Below are positions 29,014 through 38,836 of a DNA stretch of 64,000 bases, one piece after another. A program made the position numbers and the translations under genes. Source of the DNA: a virus; IMG/VR virus record IMGVR_UViG_3300045988_108162, positions 12,467-76,466 of that record, one strand, 5' to 3'. Within the stretch, counting starts at the first letter, position 1; each line of letters begins with the position of its first letter. Below the pieces are notes generated by a model that searched no databases, was not told the DNA's origin, and was given only the letters and a program-made list of their open reading frames with translations.

Positions 29014-30431
29014 GCCTTTATCCTATTATAATATTCGATAATCTTTTCTTTTCTATCTCCTGGTTTTACTGCCATATTCTCAGCCAAGAACCTAAAATAC
29101 GACACCGGTATGTCCTTGAATCTAATTCCTTCATATTTTCCAAACCACATTATTATACTGTCAAGATCGTCTTCTCTCCTACCATCTCCATTCACAGATT
29201 TAAGCGAGGCTGCCCGGCGAAGGATCTCGTCTTTGGTAATAATATCACCCATCCTTATATTGGACAGAAGTTGATCTCCGGCAAACATACACCAGCCCTT
29301 AGAAGGGAATTGTTCGATTGTCAAGTCTTCTATCCGACCGAAACGCCTCATGTTGTCGCAGCAATCAACTATCAGCGCCTCTTTCTTGTCAGGATGGATG
29401 CGGACGGCGCGGCCTAATATTTGGTAATATGTTGAATATGAGAATGTTGGGCGACCAAACATCACACAATCAAGTTCAGGAAAATCAAATCCGGTAGCAA
29501 GCGTTGAATAATTAAAAACCACCTTCAACTTTCCTTCTTTGAAATCGGATATAATTTGCTCTCTTTTCTTTTTGGTTGTTAGCGATGTTACGACACCGGT
29601 TATGGCTCCCATCTTGGCATTCATGAACTCTGATATTCTATTACATGATTCAATAGAATCCATGCAAACCAAAATGGCTTTACGTTCGTTCATAAGTTGA
29701 AGAAGGCGCTTGTAGATAGAGTTGTTTAAGCCATTTCGTACAATACTTTCTTTAATAGATTCGTTGGTGTATTCAGCTCCGGTGCTGTTCAACATCAGAG
29801 CCGATTCATCAAAAGACCATCGTTCGTACTTAAGTGGACACCAAAACCCTTGAGAAGTTAATTCTTGTATTTGAGTCACATGAACTATTTTCTTGAAGAA
29901 ATTATGCTCGTCTTTCGTCAGCATATTGAGCTTGCTGTAGTTTCCTTCCAGCATGGAACTGTAGGTTCGGAGGCGGCAGGGAGTGGCGGTGAAGCCCAGC
30001 ACCTTCGCCTCTGGGAACCTGTTCATAAACTCCATAAATTCAGAACCTTCTTCAGGAGAATACCCGCTATGCACCTCATCTATCAATAATGTGTCTATCC
30101 CTATATCTTTCAACCTTGCTACGTCTTTCTTTATGCTTTTAAGTGTAGCATAAGTCATAGCCGATAACTCTTTTTTTTTACATGAAGCAGAATATATGGT
30201 AGGTTTAGAACCGAATGATACAGCCTTCGCATAATTCTGCTCCAGAATCTCTTTAGATGGCTGTAATACAAGGATAGGTCTTTTTAATTCATGAGCTATC
30301 TTGCTAATTATCAAAGACTTCCCCGCTGCACACGGCAAGACTTCTATGCCAGGCTTCTTAGATCTTCCTGTAAGGAACTTAAGCCCGGCATCTACTGCCT
30401 CTTTTTGGTAAGGTCTAAGTTCAAAGCCCAT
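29010..30431 (-). CDS. SF2 DExH-box DNA helicase
   Basis: Motif I is LPCAAGKSLI, motif II is LIDEVH, motif III is GFTATP, and motif VI is YQILGRAVR. Confidence 0.85.
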   Translation of the reverse strand: MGFELRPYQKEAVDAGLKFLTGRSKKPGIEVLPCAAGKSLIISKIAHELKRPILVLQPSKEILEQNYAKAVSFGSKPTIYSASCKKKELSAMTYATLKSIKKDVARLKDIGIDTLLIDEVHSGYSPEEGSEFMEFMNRFPEAKVLGFTATPCRLRTYSSMLEGNYSKLNMLTKDEHNFFKKIVHVTQIQELTSQGFWCPLKYERWSFDESALMLNSTGAEYTNESIKESIVRNGLNNSIYKRLLQLMNERKAILVCMDSIESCNRISEFMNAKMGAITGVVTSLTTKKKREQIISDFKEGKLKVVFNYSTLATGFDFPELDCVMFGRPTFSYSTYYQILGRAVRIHPDKKEALIVDCCDNMRRFGRIEDLTIEQFPSKGWCMFAGDQLLSNIRMGDIITKDEILRRAASLKSVNGDGRREDDLDSIIMWFGKYEGIRFKDIPVSYFRFLAENMAVKPGDRKEKIIEYYNRIKA

Positions 30432-30798
30432 CGCAATCTATTTTACTGTTTTTTGAAAGTTCTATTATCGCCTCTTTCAACATCTCCCTTGCTTTATCTT
30501 CGTTATCTTCAAGCAAGCATACACTGCACGATATGCCCATACGATCCCCATAAGCCTCGGCATTACCTAATGTGAATGCGCAGCAGTAATCATAATCCAT
30601 GTTTTTTGCTACGGCAATAAACTGATTATCTTCTATCAGTACAGCATATTCAGCATCAGTTTCACACATGATAATGGCTTTATCTTTTTTTATAGACAAT
30701 ACCTTGTTTCTAAAAAGTCCGTTATAAATCCATAGTTCCTTTCCTGCATTTTTATAAAACGCAACCATATCTTCCTTGATTGTAACTTCTTTTTTCAT
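30421..30798 (-). CDS. Hypothetical protein
   Basis: 125-aa ORF. Confidence 0.5.
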   Translation of the reverse strand: MKKEVTIKEDMVAFYKNAGKELWIYNGLFRNKVLSIKKDKAIIMCETDAEYAVLIEDNQFIAVAKNMDYDYCCAFTLGNAEAYGDRMGISCSVCLLEDNEDKAREMLKEAIIELSKNSKIDCDGL

Positions 30799-30801
30799 GA
30801 C

Positions 30802-31158
30802 TTACTTGTGTTTAACATCAGTAATTAAAACATATCTTTTAACAATATCTTCAAGACTCACAGAAGAACGTATATATAGTTTTTCTTCGTACTCATATAG
30901 AGCGTACCCTTCTTTTATGTCTAATATCTTAATCACATGCTTGCCTCTTTCAAATGGATCCTCAAAGTAGTTCTTATGTTCGTATCTTTGACCTACTTTG
31001 ATTTTGTCAGTTTTCTTCTTCATCTTATAACGATCTACTGCTCTACCTGTTTTTATGAAAGCTGTCGTGAGTAAGTATAATAAAACTAAATACAAAAGGA
31101 TCGCTACTCCACATATTAGATCTTCTTTCATTACACTCCTTTTAAATAGTTGAACCAT
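30802..31158 (-). CDS. Hypothetical membrane protein
   Basis: 118 aa with one TM helix. Confidence 0.5.
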   Translation of the reverse strand: MVQLFKRSVMKEDLICGVAILLYLVLLYLLTTAFIKTGRAVDRYKMKKKTDKIKVGQRYEHKNYFEDPFERGKHVIKILDIKEGYALYEYEEKLYIRSSVSLEDIVKRYVLITDVKHK

Positions 31159-31297
31159 ATATCCTCCAGCTTCTCCTGAAGCTCAAACGCTTTCTTGAAA
31201 TTCCCGCATCGTACAGCAACTTCTCTCATGTATGTCAAGTTTATAACTTCCGGATCTTGCCGGTATTTTGTTCTTAACTTTTGAACATCATCGTATT

Positions 31298-32317
31298 TCA
31301 TCGTTTTATCTTTTTAGACGGATCCCAATCCGAAGAGAAAGGGCATTCGTTTTTGTTATGTAATCCAAAGTCGCAATAATAACACAGTGCTGACGGGCAG
31401 GGTAGCTTGTTTTGCGAAACAGGCTGGCTTAGGGTGGCACGCCGCTTGCTATACCTGGCTCCTTCTGCTCCCTGGATGTACGCTTGAAATGATTTTACAC
31501 TATTATCTTCAAAATCATACATTTTAGATAAAGTGTCATTTAGCATTTCTATAGATTTTGTTTTACGTTCCTCATCCACCTTAACCTTTTGGTACTGCCT
31601 GGTCCTGGTAAAGAAATAGATGTTCATATCTGGTAGAACCCCACCATATCTTCTATAGATGTAAAACGAATATATAGGATGCTGTAAATTTGTTTCCAGC
31701 TTTTTAGAATCAAAAATTTTATTACCTGATTTCCAATCTATGACATAATGATGGATCACCCCTTTGCTCTTTATAGCCAGATGAAGGTCTACTGATCCTA
31801 CTATGTACACATGTGTATGAACGTCACCATTTATATCAACAGGCTTAGGAAGACGATACGGCAGCACAAAATCTTCTTCTACTCCAACTATAGCACCGTG
31901 TCTGATAAGTTTCTCACAGGGATTAAGATCACTATCAGCTATCATAAACCTATTGCCGTCTTTTTTGAACAGATCCACAATCCAAGCAAGAAGCTCCCCA
32001 GATTGTTTCATGGCTATCATCATATTTTCTGGTGATTGCCAAGGTATGTCTTCTTGATAGGAATAGTAACTTATCGCTTCTCCAAGGTCTTTACCAGAAG
32101 GCTGTCTTCCGTTCTTAAAGAAGTATTCCAGTGTTTTATGGATAACCGTACCATAAGATGTAGCTTCTTGTTTTTCTGTAGACCTTTTACCCTCTACGTA
32201 AGTCTTATACCATTTCATTGGACAAGTAAGAAACGTATCTATCTGGGAATAAGATATGGCAAGACGTTTCACACCATTAAACTCCTTATATAGCAAATGT
32301 GTTTCCGGGACCATCAT
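31298..32317 (-). CDS. Cas4/RecB-like PD-(D/E)XK exonuclease with Cys cluster
   Basis: The N-terminus reads SQIDTFLTCPMKWYKTYVEG. IDWKSG supplies the catalytic Lys, and the C-terminus has the Cys cluster CPSALCYYC...C. Confidence 0.7.
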   Translation of the reverse strand: MMVPETHLLYKEFNGVKRLAISYSQIDTFLTCPMKWYKTYVEGKRSTEKQEATSYGTVIHKTLEYFFKNGRQPSGKDLGEAISYYSYQEDIPWQSPENMMIAMKQSGELLAWIVDLFKKDGNRFMIADSDLNPCEKLIRHGAIVGVEEDFVLPYRLPKPVDINGDVHTHVYIVGSVDLHLAIKSKGVIHHYVIDWKSGNKIFDSKKLETNLQHPIYSFYIYRRYGGVLPDMNIYFFTRTRQYQKVKVDEERKTKSIEMLNDTLSKMYDFEDNSVKSFQAYIQGAEGARYSKRRATLSQPVSQNKLPCPSALCYYCDFGLHNKNECPFSSDWDPSKKIKR

Positions 32318-32673
32318 AAGTCATTGTCTTTAAATCCTTCCGGGTAATATACGACATACTTCTTACCGTCTTCTGGTGTCATGGCAAACTGCATGTAGTT
32401 ATTACGATTACGATGCTTACCATCTAATCCTCGCTTCCAATACAGAATCCCGTCTATATCCACATAAGACCGTCCGCGTTCGGCTCTAACTACGTCCGTG
32501 TGCAGCAGATACCCGTCGGAAGACACAATCCATACTTTATCTCCTTTGTTTAAATAAGATATTCTTTTTCTTACAACAACCTTTTTCTTATTATCCAATA
32601 CAAATTCCTCGTCAGTCATACTCTTCGTCCTCCTCTTCTTCTGTTTCAAAATCAATTCCATAACACTGATCAT
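32314..32673 (-). CDS. Hypothetical protein
   Basis: 119-aa ORF. Confidence 0.5.
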   Translation of the reverse strand: MISVMELILKQKKRRTKSMTDEEFVLDNKKKVVVRKRISYLNKGDKVWIVSSDGYLLHTDVVRAERGRSYVDIDGILYWKRGLDGKHRNRNNYMQFAMTPEDGKKYVVYYPEGFKDNDL

Positions 32674-32826
32674 AATGCTTGGTCAGTTCTTCTGGTTCTA
32701 AATCTTGTCCAAAATCCATGTTAAAAATATCGTAATTAGTAAAGCACTGTTCCTGCCGGCAGGAAATCTATGAATGCTGCTTTTATTTCTTCAATTAGGC
32801 CCAAGTGTAACCTTGGGCCATTGTAT

Positions 32827-34527
32827 TTATTTTTTGTCATCTCCTTTTAGCTTCTTTAAAGTATCTGCAATCGGAAGCTGATCAATGACTCCCAATGCCG
32901 GAGCGACGGTCTTAACAACATTGTTAAGGAAATTACCGGTACTGTTCTGACCGCCGTCAAATACCGTGATATTTCCGAGGTTAATGTGCTCAAATGCCTT
33001 AACCTGTTCTCCAGCAATTTCTTTCCACTGATTAACCATCTTGTACTGGATGGCTATCTGAGGATTGGATTCTGCTGCTTCCACCATAGCCTTAAATCCG
33101 TCGGCTTCTGCCATTAACGACTTTTTCTTACCTTCGGCTTCTGCTTCCAACTTCATCTTAATAGCCTTTGCTTCGGCTTCTGCTTTTGCCAAATTGGCTG
33201 CTGCTTCAGCGGCAGCCCGGCGTTTAATCTTTTCTGCTTCAGCATCAGCTTGCAAGATAGCCTCTTCCTTCTGGGTTTCAGCCGGCACAATCTTTTCAGC
33301 CTTAAGCGCAGCCTGAACTTTCTTAGCCTTAGCTTCTTCCACTTCTTTGTCGGCAAGCTCTTTTGCTGTTTTTACAGCCGCTTCCGATTTAACTTTTTCT
33401 TCTCCGGCCTTCTTTTCTGATTGAGCTTTGATGATCTGTAGTTCTGATACTGACACAGCAACCTCCTTCTGGGCATTGTTGTATCCTATAGACGCATTTT
33501 TCTCAGCCTCAGCCTTCTTAATCTGAGCTTCAGAGTCTTGTATTGCTATAGCCGCTTCCTTGTCAGCTTCAGCCTTATTCTTTCCGACTTCTTCCATTCT
33601 TTCAGCCTCAGCTTTGTTTACCTCAAGTTCTGCCTTAGATCTTGCAATCGCCGATTCTTTGTCAGCCAAAGTCTTTGCAATAACCGCAGCCCTATCTCTA
33701 TCGGCTTGAGCTACACCGATCTGTTTTTCTTTATCGGTTAAAGCCAAAGCTACTTCTTTTTCTTTCTTTGTTTCAGCTACTACCGTTTCCTTTTCTTTTT
33801 CAGTATAGGCAATTTGAATCTCTTGCTCTTTTTGGGTATTAGCTACAGCCGTTTCTTTTTCCTTTTGCTGTACAGCAATCTTAATAGCACCCAGCTTTTC
33901 CTGTTCTTCGATATTAGCCTGTGCTTCGTTCAGGGCCTTACTTTCAGCTTCTTTGCCAAGATTCATGATATAGCCGGCTTCGTCTCTGATGTCACTGATG
34001 TTGATATTTAGGAGGTAAAGGCCTAACTTATTAAGTTCGTTATCAATGTTTTTTCTTGCCTTATCCAAAAACTCATCCCTGTCAGAATTAAGTTTTTCAA
34101 TCGTCATTTCAGCAATGATCAAACGCATTTGGCCATAAACGATATCCGTAATAAGATTTTCAGTAGATTCAGTATCCATCCCCAAAAGCCTTTCTGCTGC
34201 ATTCTGCATAATTTCAGGATTTGTGCTGATTGCTACTGTAATAGTAGTAGGTACATCCACTCTGATATTTTGAGACGACAAAGCACCGGTGAGCCTACAA
34301 TCTATTTGCATAGGCTCCATAGACAAAATATCATAGCTTTGAATAATAGGCAAGACGAATGCCGCTCCACCATGATATAATTTCGCCGATTTCTTTTCCC
34401 CACCTGTCTTACCATAAACGACCAAGACTTGATTAGGCTTACATCTACGATACCTTGATAAGACTCCGATGATTGTCAAAATAATCACTACAGCTAAGAT
34501 AGCTGACACGTACATGATTGTTGTCAT
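32827..34527 (-). CDS. floT: FloT-type flotillin (SPFH/band-7 domain protein with a long EA-rich flotillin repeat region)
   Basis: N-terminal TM segment, then YRRCKPNQVLVVYGK...GGAAFVLPIIQ. The mid-region reads YIMNLGKEAESKALNEAQ, followed by AEAEK/EA repeats and a C-terminal ITVFDGGQNSTGNF. This is co-linear with B. subtilis FloT as I remember it. Confidence 0.85.
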   Translation of the reverse strand: MTTIMYVSAILAVVIILTIIGVLSRYRRCKPNQVLVVYGKTGGEKKSAKLYHGGAAFVLPIIQSYDILSMEPMQIDCRLTGALSSQNIRVDVPTTITVAISTNPEIMQNAAERLLGMDTESTENLITDIVYGQMRLIIAEMTIEKLNSDRDEFLDKARKNIDNELNKLGLYLLNINISDIRDEAGYIMNLGKEAESKALNEAQANIEEQEKLGAIKIAVQQKEKETAVANTQKEQEIQIAYTEKEKETVVAETKKEKEVALALTDKEKQIGVAQADRDRAAVIAKTLADKESAIARSKAELEVNKAEAERMEEVGKNKAEADKEAAIAIQDSEAQIKKAEAEKNASIGYNNAQKEVAVSVSELQIIKAQSEKKAGEEKVKSEAAVKTAKELADKEVEEAKAKKVQAALKAEKIVPAETQKEEAILQADAEAEKIKRRAAAEAAANLAKAEAEAKAIKMKLEAEAEGKKKSLMAEADGFKAMVEAAESNPQIAIQYKMVNQWKEIAGEQVKAFEHINLGNITVFDGGQNSTGNFLNNVVKTVAPALGVIDQLPIADTLKKLKGDDKK

Positions 34528-34558
34528 AACTTTTAAAATTTAATTGTTGATAAAAAAA

Positions 34559-35053
34559 TTAGATACTTAATTCTCCTTCTTCATATTTTATATTCGACTT
34601 GTCGCCGTTTTTGTAGGTTTTTCCAGACAAGCATCTTACTCTCATTTGCTCTTGTCTTCCATTTTTCGAAATATTTACCATATAATGATTCTTCCCTGAT
34701 CTAAATACTATCTCCACCTCTCTGCCATTTAAATCTTCCGGACATTCGTACACCATTTCTTGTTTTAACTTAAGAAGTAACTTATATACGTAAAACAAAA
34801 CGATAAAGAAAAACGACCCTATCACAACCCCTACTAAATGGGAACCCGAAAAGTAGGTAGTCCAGCTATATCCAAGAATAAAATGTGTTATGCCCTTGAA
34901 TGATATGATGTCCGACAAAGACATACTTAAATCAGAAGCACTGTCAATGTCAATATCCGTATCCAGATCAGATCCTAATATCGACAACAAAAACTGTATA
35001 ACAAAAGCAAATGACGCTATTAAAGCCATGCATAAAATTATGTCACTTCCCAT
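34559..35053 (-). CDS. NfeD-like short membrane protein (two TM helices plus a C-terminal OB-fold), the usual flotillin partner
   Basis: It lies immediately upstream of the flotillin on the same strand, as in yuaF-floT. The C-terminal beta-rich domain reads EVEIVFRSGKNHYMVNI...RVRCLSG. Confidence 0.6.
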   Translation of the reverse strand: MGSDIILCMALIASFAFVIQFLLSILGSDLDTDIDIDSASDLSMSLSDIISFKGITHFILGYSWTTYFSGSHLVGVVIGSFFFIVLFYVYKLLLKLKQEMVYECPEDLNGREVEIVFRSGKNHYMVNISKNGRQEQMRVRCLSGKTYKNGDKSNIKYEEGELSI

Positions 35054-35294
35054 ACCCTTCTGTTATTATTTTGTAAACAAGATCAGTCATATCTTTGATG
35101 GTCTCCATATCATAATCAATAATAACAATATTGAATTTTTGTTCCACCATCACTTCCAGTTCAATTTGATCAACAGAATCTAATCCAAGTTCTTTAAACG
35201 TCACATCTTCTTCATGAACTATATCTATTTCCGAATTAAGAAACTGAGTAATAATTATATCCTCTATTATCTTTCTGATTCTTACTTTTTCCAT
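35043..35294 (-). CDS. Acyl carrier protein-like (PP-binding) protein
   Basis: Reads FKELGLDSVDQIELEVMVEQKFNIVI; this is the DSL/DSV phosphopantetheine-attachment Ser motif with the helix II pattern. Confidence 0.65.
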   Translation of the reverse strand: MEKVRIRKIIEDIIITQFLNSEIDIVHEEDVTFKELGLDSVDQIELEVMVEQKFNIVIIDYDMETIKDMTDLVYKIITEGYGK

Positions 35295-35995
35295 TGCTTT
35301 CTAATTTTGTTAAATAAATACGTTTTTATGTTTTTCAATCGCTCTTTGTCTGTTTCCGAACTTCCGGTAAACAAATAATCCGGATTTCCTTTAGCCGGCG
35401 GCGTAGGCAATTTAGATACGGCAAACAACCAATCCATTTCCTTATTCTTCTTAGACTCCAAATAAGGCTCGGTAGCGATCTTAAATTTTTCAGCTATTAA
35501 GTCAAAGAGCTTTGAGTTTTTAAGGTTCATATGGACTGAAAAAGCCTGAGAAGGCGGTTTCCATATGAAGTTACATAAGCTCATTGTGTAATCTCCTGAC
35601 TCTGCTATATAAGATTCTGTTACCTGAAGTATGACCTCTTTCTTAAATGAGGTGTTACCCATAAACCAACACAATCTGGATTCCGCTTCTTTTTTGCTGA
35701 CACCTATGTCTTTTGAATATGATTCGTACATTCCTATCATAATCTTCAACGTTTCCAGAACCTCGTCCGTCATTTCCGGTGTCTCTATATAATTCACAAA
35801 AGACGTTCCTTTGTTGGTTAATCTCATCACGCCTGATTTTAATTTCTCAACCAGGCCAAGCTCTATATATCTCCCAGCATCTTCTTCCGGCATGGCTTCG
35901 ATCATAACCGAATCCTTCTGTCTTATGGCAAGAAGATTAGCGAGATCATTAGGAGTCATGTCTGATGCTGCAAGTTGTCTGAAATTGATGTACAT
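35282..35995 (-). CDS. Hypothetical protein
   Basis: 237-aa ORF; 13-nt overlap with the ACP-like gene. Confidence 0.55.
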   Translation of the reverse strand: MYINFRQLAASDMTPNDLANLLAIRQKDSVMIEAMPEEDAGRYIELGLVEKLKSGVMRLTNKGTSFVNYIETPEMTDEVLETLKIMIGMYESYSKDIGVSKKEAESRLCWFMGNTSFKKEVILQVTESYIAESGDYTMSLCNFIWKPPSQAFSVHMNLKNSKLFDLIAEKFKIATEPYLESKKNKEMDWLFAVSKLPTPPAKGNPDYLFTGSSETDKERLKNIKTYLFNKIRKQWKK

Positions 35996-35997
35996 GC

Positions 35998-36204
35998 CTA
36001 ATCAGCTTTAATAAAAATAACATCCTTGTTATCCTCCCTCTCCGCGTGATTACACGGACCTGCAACCACACCCACTGCCCCGCATGTAAAGTAATTAAAT
36101 ATACATCCTTCACATCCTGCATCTGGTGCCGTAGGTTCCACGCATTTTAATCTCACAAGTCCGGCATCAAACACTTCTCCTATTTTAAATTCCTTCTTTT
36201 CCAT
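35998..36204 (-). CDS. Small Cys-rich protein
   Basis: Contains CVEPTAPDAGCEGC...CGAVGVVAGPC. Confidence 0.4.
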   Translation of the reverse strand: MEKKEFKIGEVFDAGLVRLKCVEPTAPDAGCEGCIFNYFTCGAVGVVAGPCNHAEREDNKDVIFIKAD

Positions 36205-36219
36205 ATTTCCTCCTTGTTT

Positions 36220-36822
36220 TTAACTGTTGTATCCTTCTTTGATAATCGAATTTCTACCGGTAGATACCGACTGTCGAAGATCGTCATGTACAGAATCTAC
36301 CGTAGAATACTTGTTTCTGGTTGTAAAAATCACTTCCAGCATCTCCTTGTAATCACCTAAAGCCACTTCGTATCTTGGATCCACTTTGGCTTTTCTTTCA
36401 GCCTCGGCATTACTTTTAGCCAGCTCTCGGTCGAGAAGATCTTCTTTGATTCGGTCAGCAATCATATCAAGTTCTTTTTTAATAACTTCTCCTGCTGCCC
36501 GAAGTTGACCTTCTACGTCACCAAGCTGGTCTTGGACGGTTCCTATTTCTTTCTTTAGGCGATCGTATTCGTTAATCATACCCATATCACCTGCATAGCC
36601 GGAAAAGTCCTTGATTATTCTGGTTCCTTCTTTAAGGAGCTCAATAACTCGTCTTTTACGTTCTCTGCTTATTAAAGACGGAAGACGATAATTCATATCC
36701 GCCACCGCCTTATCATGTATGGAGTTGATTAAAAACATCTCTCTTTCATCTCCTGCAAACTCAGTAAGAACCAAAAGGAACTTACTTATCAGGTATTCGT
36801 TTTCTTCTACTGTCAGTCTCAT
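36220..36822 (-). CDS. Hypothetical coiled-coil protein
   Basis: ATG at 36822 (MRLTVEEN) is preferred. The track extends the ORF in frame to 36975 across the DnaB-like stop. An A9 run lies in the 14-nt spacer. Confidence 0.5.
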   Translation of the reverse strand: MRLTVEENEYLISKFLLVLTEFAGDEREMFLINSIHDKAVADMNYRLPSLISRERKRRVIELLKEGTRIIKDFSGYAGDMGMINEYDRLKKEIGTVQDQLGDVEGQLRAAGEVIKKELDMIADRIKEDLLDRELAKSNAEAERKAKVDPRYEVALGDYKEMLEVIFTTRNKYSTVDSVHDDLRQSVSTGRNSIIKEGYNS

Positions 36823-36836
36823 GGTTCTTATTTTTT

Positions 36837-37970
36837 TTAATACAATGACTGTTCTTCTTTTGTCTCTTGTTCTTGTTCCTGATTGTCCGTAACGTCTTCC
36901 ACAGTATAGAGCTTGGGCGGCGTCGGCGGCTGGTTGGGGTTCACGAACTTCGTCCCGCCCTCCCCGTACATCCATCCATGCCCCGGCAGAATCTCTGGGT
37001 GGATTGTATTAGTAAGCTCTTCCATACTAACTTGCCTTACCTTCAGTATATGATGAAACACCAGTCCGGCTGTCCTGAATGATGTTTTGTTTTCAGTTTT
37101 AAACCTATCAAGAGTCTGATACCAATCTTTCCCAAATATCATATACTTATCCAGCCCGTACCTACGAGGATTGTGCAAACCTATCATTAACGTACATAAC
37201 TGACCCAGCGTATCAGATTGGTAAAAATCAGAAAGACGCGGAGGCTGCTCTTGTGGGCTTTTTATCCTTCCTTCTATCTCTCTGTTGAATTGTGATATGA
37301 TGAGGAAAAATATGTTTTTATATACTAATTTAGCTTCGTTCATAACCGCCACCAAATCATCTATAGCCGACTTAGGATCTAACCCCATTCTTTTTATCAA
37401 AGCAATATGATCGACTTTAAATATTATAAGACGTTTGTCTTTGTGTTTGGTAGCTATATGATACACAGCCGCCTCAAACTCTTTTACCGTACACGGAGCA
37501 TCGATGTATATTATATTATTCCTGATTTCACCTTGAAGGATTTCAAACATCCTCATCTCTTCCACTGTATTAGAATCTTGCCTTCTTAATATTTCAGGAG
37601 CCCGCTTTTTCATATCCTGGCTCATTCTACGAAGAAGAAGATCTTGAGGATTCATTTCGAACTCGCAATTAACAAGAAAATAATCTTCTGCTTGCGGGTT
37701 GATCATCGGATTCATCACATTTTCCAATATCTTTTGGGCCACATACGATTTACCTACAGATGGCCGGGCTCCTATGGCAATAGCATGCTGAGGGAAAATA
37801 CCTCCAAGCAAAGCCTCATCAATATAATCGTATCCGGTTTTAGCGGGGATAAGCTCTCCCCGCCTGTATTTCAAGATATTCTCATACGCCTCTTCCATGA
37901 CCTGTTTAGAGGTCTTGAATATCCTTCTTATATCTATCCTATTTGCTATCTCCTCGTGCATTTTTGTCAC
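36837..37970 (-). CDS. DnaB-like replicative helicase (RecA-fold C-terminal domain)
   Basis: Walker A reads GARPSVGKSY, the DnaB H3-like motif reads ISQFNREIEGR, and Walker B reads IIFKVDHIAL. Confidence 0.75.
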   Translation of the reverse strand: MTKMHEEIANRIDIRRIFKTSKQVMEEAYENILKYRRGELIPAKTGYDYIDEALLGGIFPQHAIAIGARPSVGKSYVAQKILENVMNPMINPQAEDYFLVNCEFEMNPQDLLLRRMSQDMKKRAPEILRRQDSNTVEEMRMFEILQGEIRNNIIYIDAPCTVKEFEAAVYHIATKHKDKRLIIFKVDHIALIKRMGLDPKSAIDDLVAVMNEAKLVYKNIFFLIISQFNREIEGRIKSPQEQPPRLSDFYQSDTLGQLCTLMIGLHNPRRYGLDKYMIFGKDWYQTLDRFKTENKTSFRTAGLVFHHILKVRQVSMEELTNTIHPEILPGHGWMYGEGGTKFVNPNQPPTPPKLYTVEDVTDNQEQEQETKEEQSLY

Positions 37971-38217
37971 CTTTTGTATCCGATTTGGATCCCCTATTAG
38001 CTTTTACTGATTTATACCTAAGACCGTTCTTGGTATGAGAACAATCCTTTCCTTTTCTCCAGCCCTTACCCTTCTTCTTGTCCGTTTCGTAGTTTTTACG
38101 ACCAAGCTCTCGGCGTTTGGCTTTCTGTTCCGGTCTGGCATTTATCTCCTTGTCCTTTTTAGCCTTTTTCTTCCTGGCTTCGGGATGAGTCCTGTAGTAC
38201 TCTGTTGATCTGCCCAT
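37939..38217 (-). CDS. Lys/Arg-rich basic protein (histone-like composition)
   Basis: 92 aa, very basic, with KKKAKKDKE and KKKGKGWRKGK. It overlaps the DnaB-like start by 32 nt. Confidence 0.4.
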   Translation of the reverse strand: MGRSTEYYRTHPEARKKKAKKDKEINARPEQKAKRRELGRKNYETDKKKGKGWRKGKDCSHTKNGLRYKSVKANRGSKSDTKGDKNARGDSK

Positions 38218-38269
38218 GTGCTTATATTTTTTTTGATTAATAATAGCACAAAGATAGGCAATTCGCGCC

Positions 38270-38836
38270 CTATTTCAACCTGCCGTAGCTCATATCAGGA
38301 TCACACCAGACATGTCCGTCTTTCTCATCATGAAGATACTCAGGACATCCTCTACATGCGCTACTGCCTGACACTATTTGATTGTTTTTATTAGGGCACT
38401 TATCTCCAGGCTTATGCCATTCTATTCTCGAACCTGATCGCTCTTTGTTTACATGACAGAACTGAAAGATTTTCCCCATCGTCTTCTCTCCGAACATACC
38501 TATATGTGTGTACTCTTCCGGTATAGAGAGAAATTCAGATAAATCTTTATACACCCTTTCCCGTTCCTCCGGCGTAGACCATAGTCTGTCAAGTTCGGCA
38601 TGGACTCTTATCTTAAGAGACCTCAGTGATGGCCCCGCAAGCCGGCCTTTAGCTTTTCCCTTATTCGGCCCTGATTCATGAACACCGACATAAGCATTGC
38701 ATGGTTTACACATCATAACCATCCCTAATCCTTTTCTGTTATATATTTTATCGGCATTGACCAGCTCGGTTTCTTTTCCGCAATAAGGACAAATTTCGCC
38801 TCTTAAAACCCGTTGTTGGCGCTCATTAAGTTCCAT
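38270..38836 (-). CDS. Zn-ribbon protein (CPYCG...CKPC)
   Basis: 188-aa ORF. Confidence 0.5.
   Translation of the reverse strand: MELNERQQRVLRGEICPYCGKETELVNADKIYNRKGLGMVMMCKPCNAYVGVHESGPNKGKAKGRLAGPSLRSLKIRVHAELDRLWSTPEERERVYKDLSEFLSIPEEYTHIGMFGEKTMGKIFQFCHVNKERSGSRIEWHKPGDKCPNKNNQIVSGSSACRGCPEYLHDEKDGHVWCDPDMSYGRLK

Noticed and set aside
36220-36975. The 251-aa ORF overlapping the DnaB-like gene's C-terminus by about 140 nt
   Set aside because: The in-frame extension upstream of ATG 36822 has no stop, but it runs antiparallel-in-frame over the DnaB-like 3' end. A start at 36822, 14 nt after the DnaB-like stop, is far more plausible.
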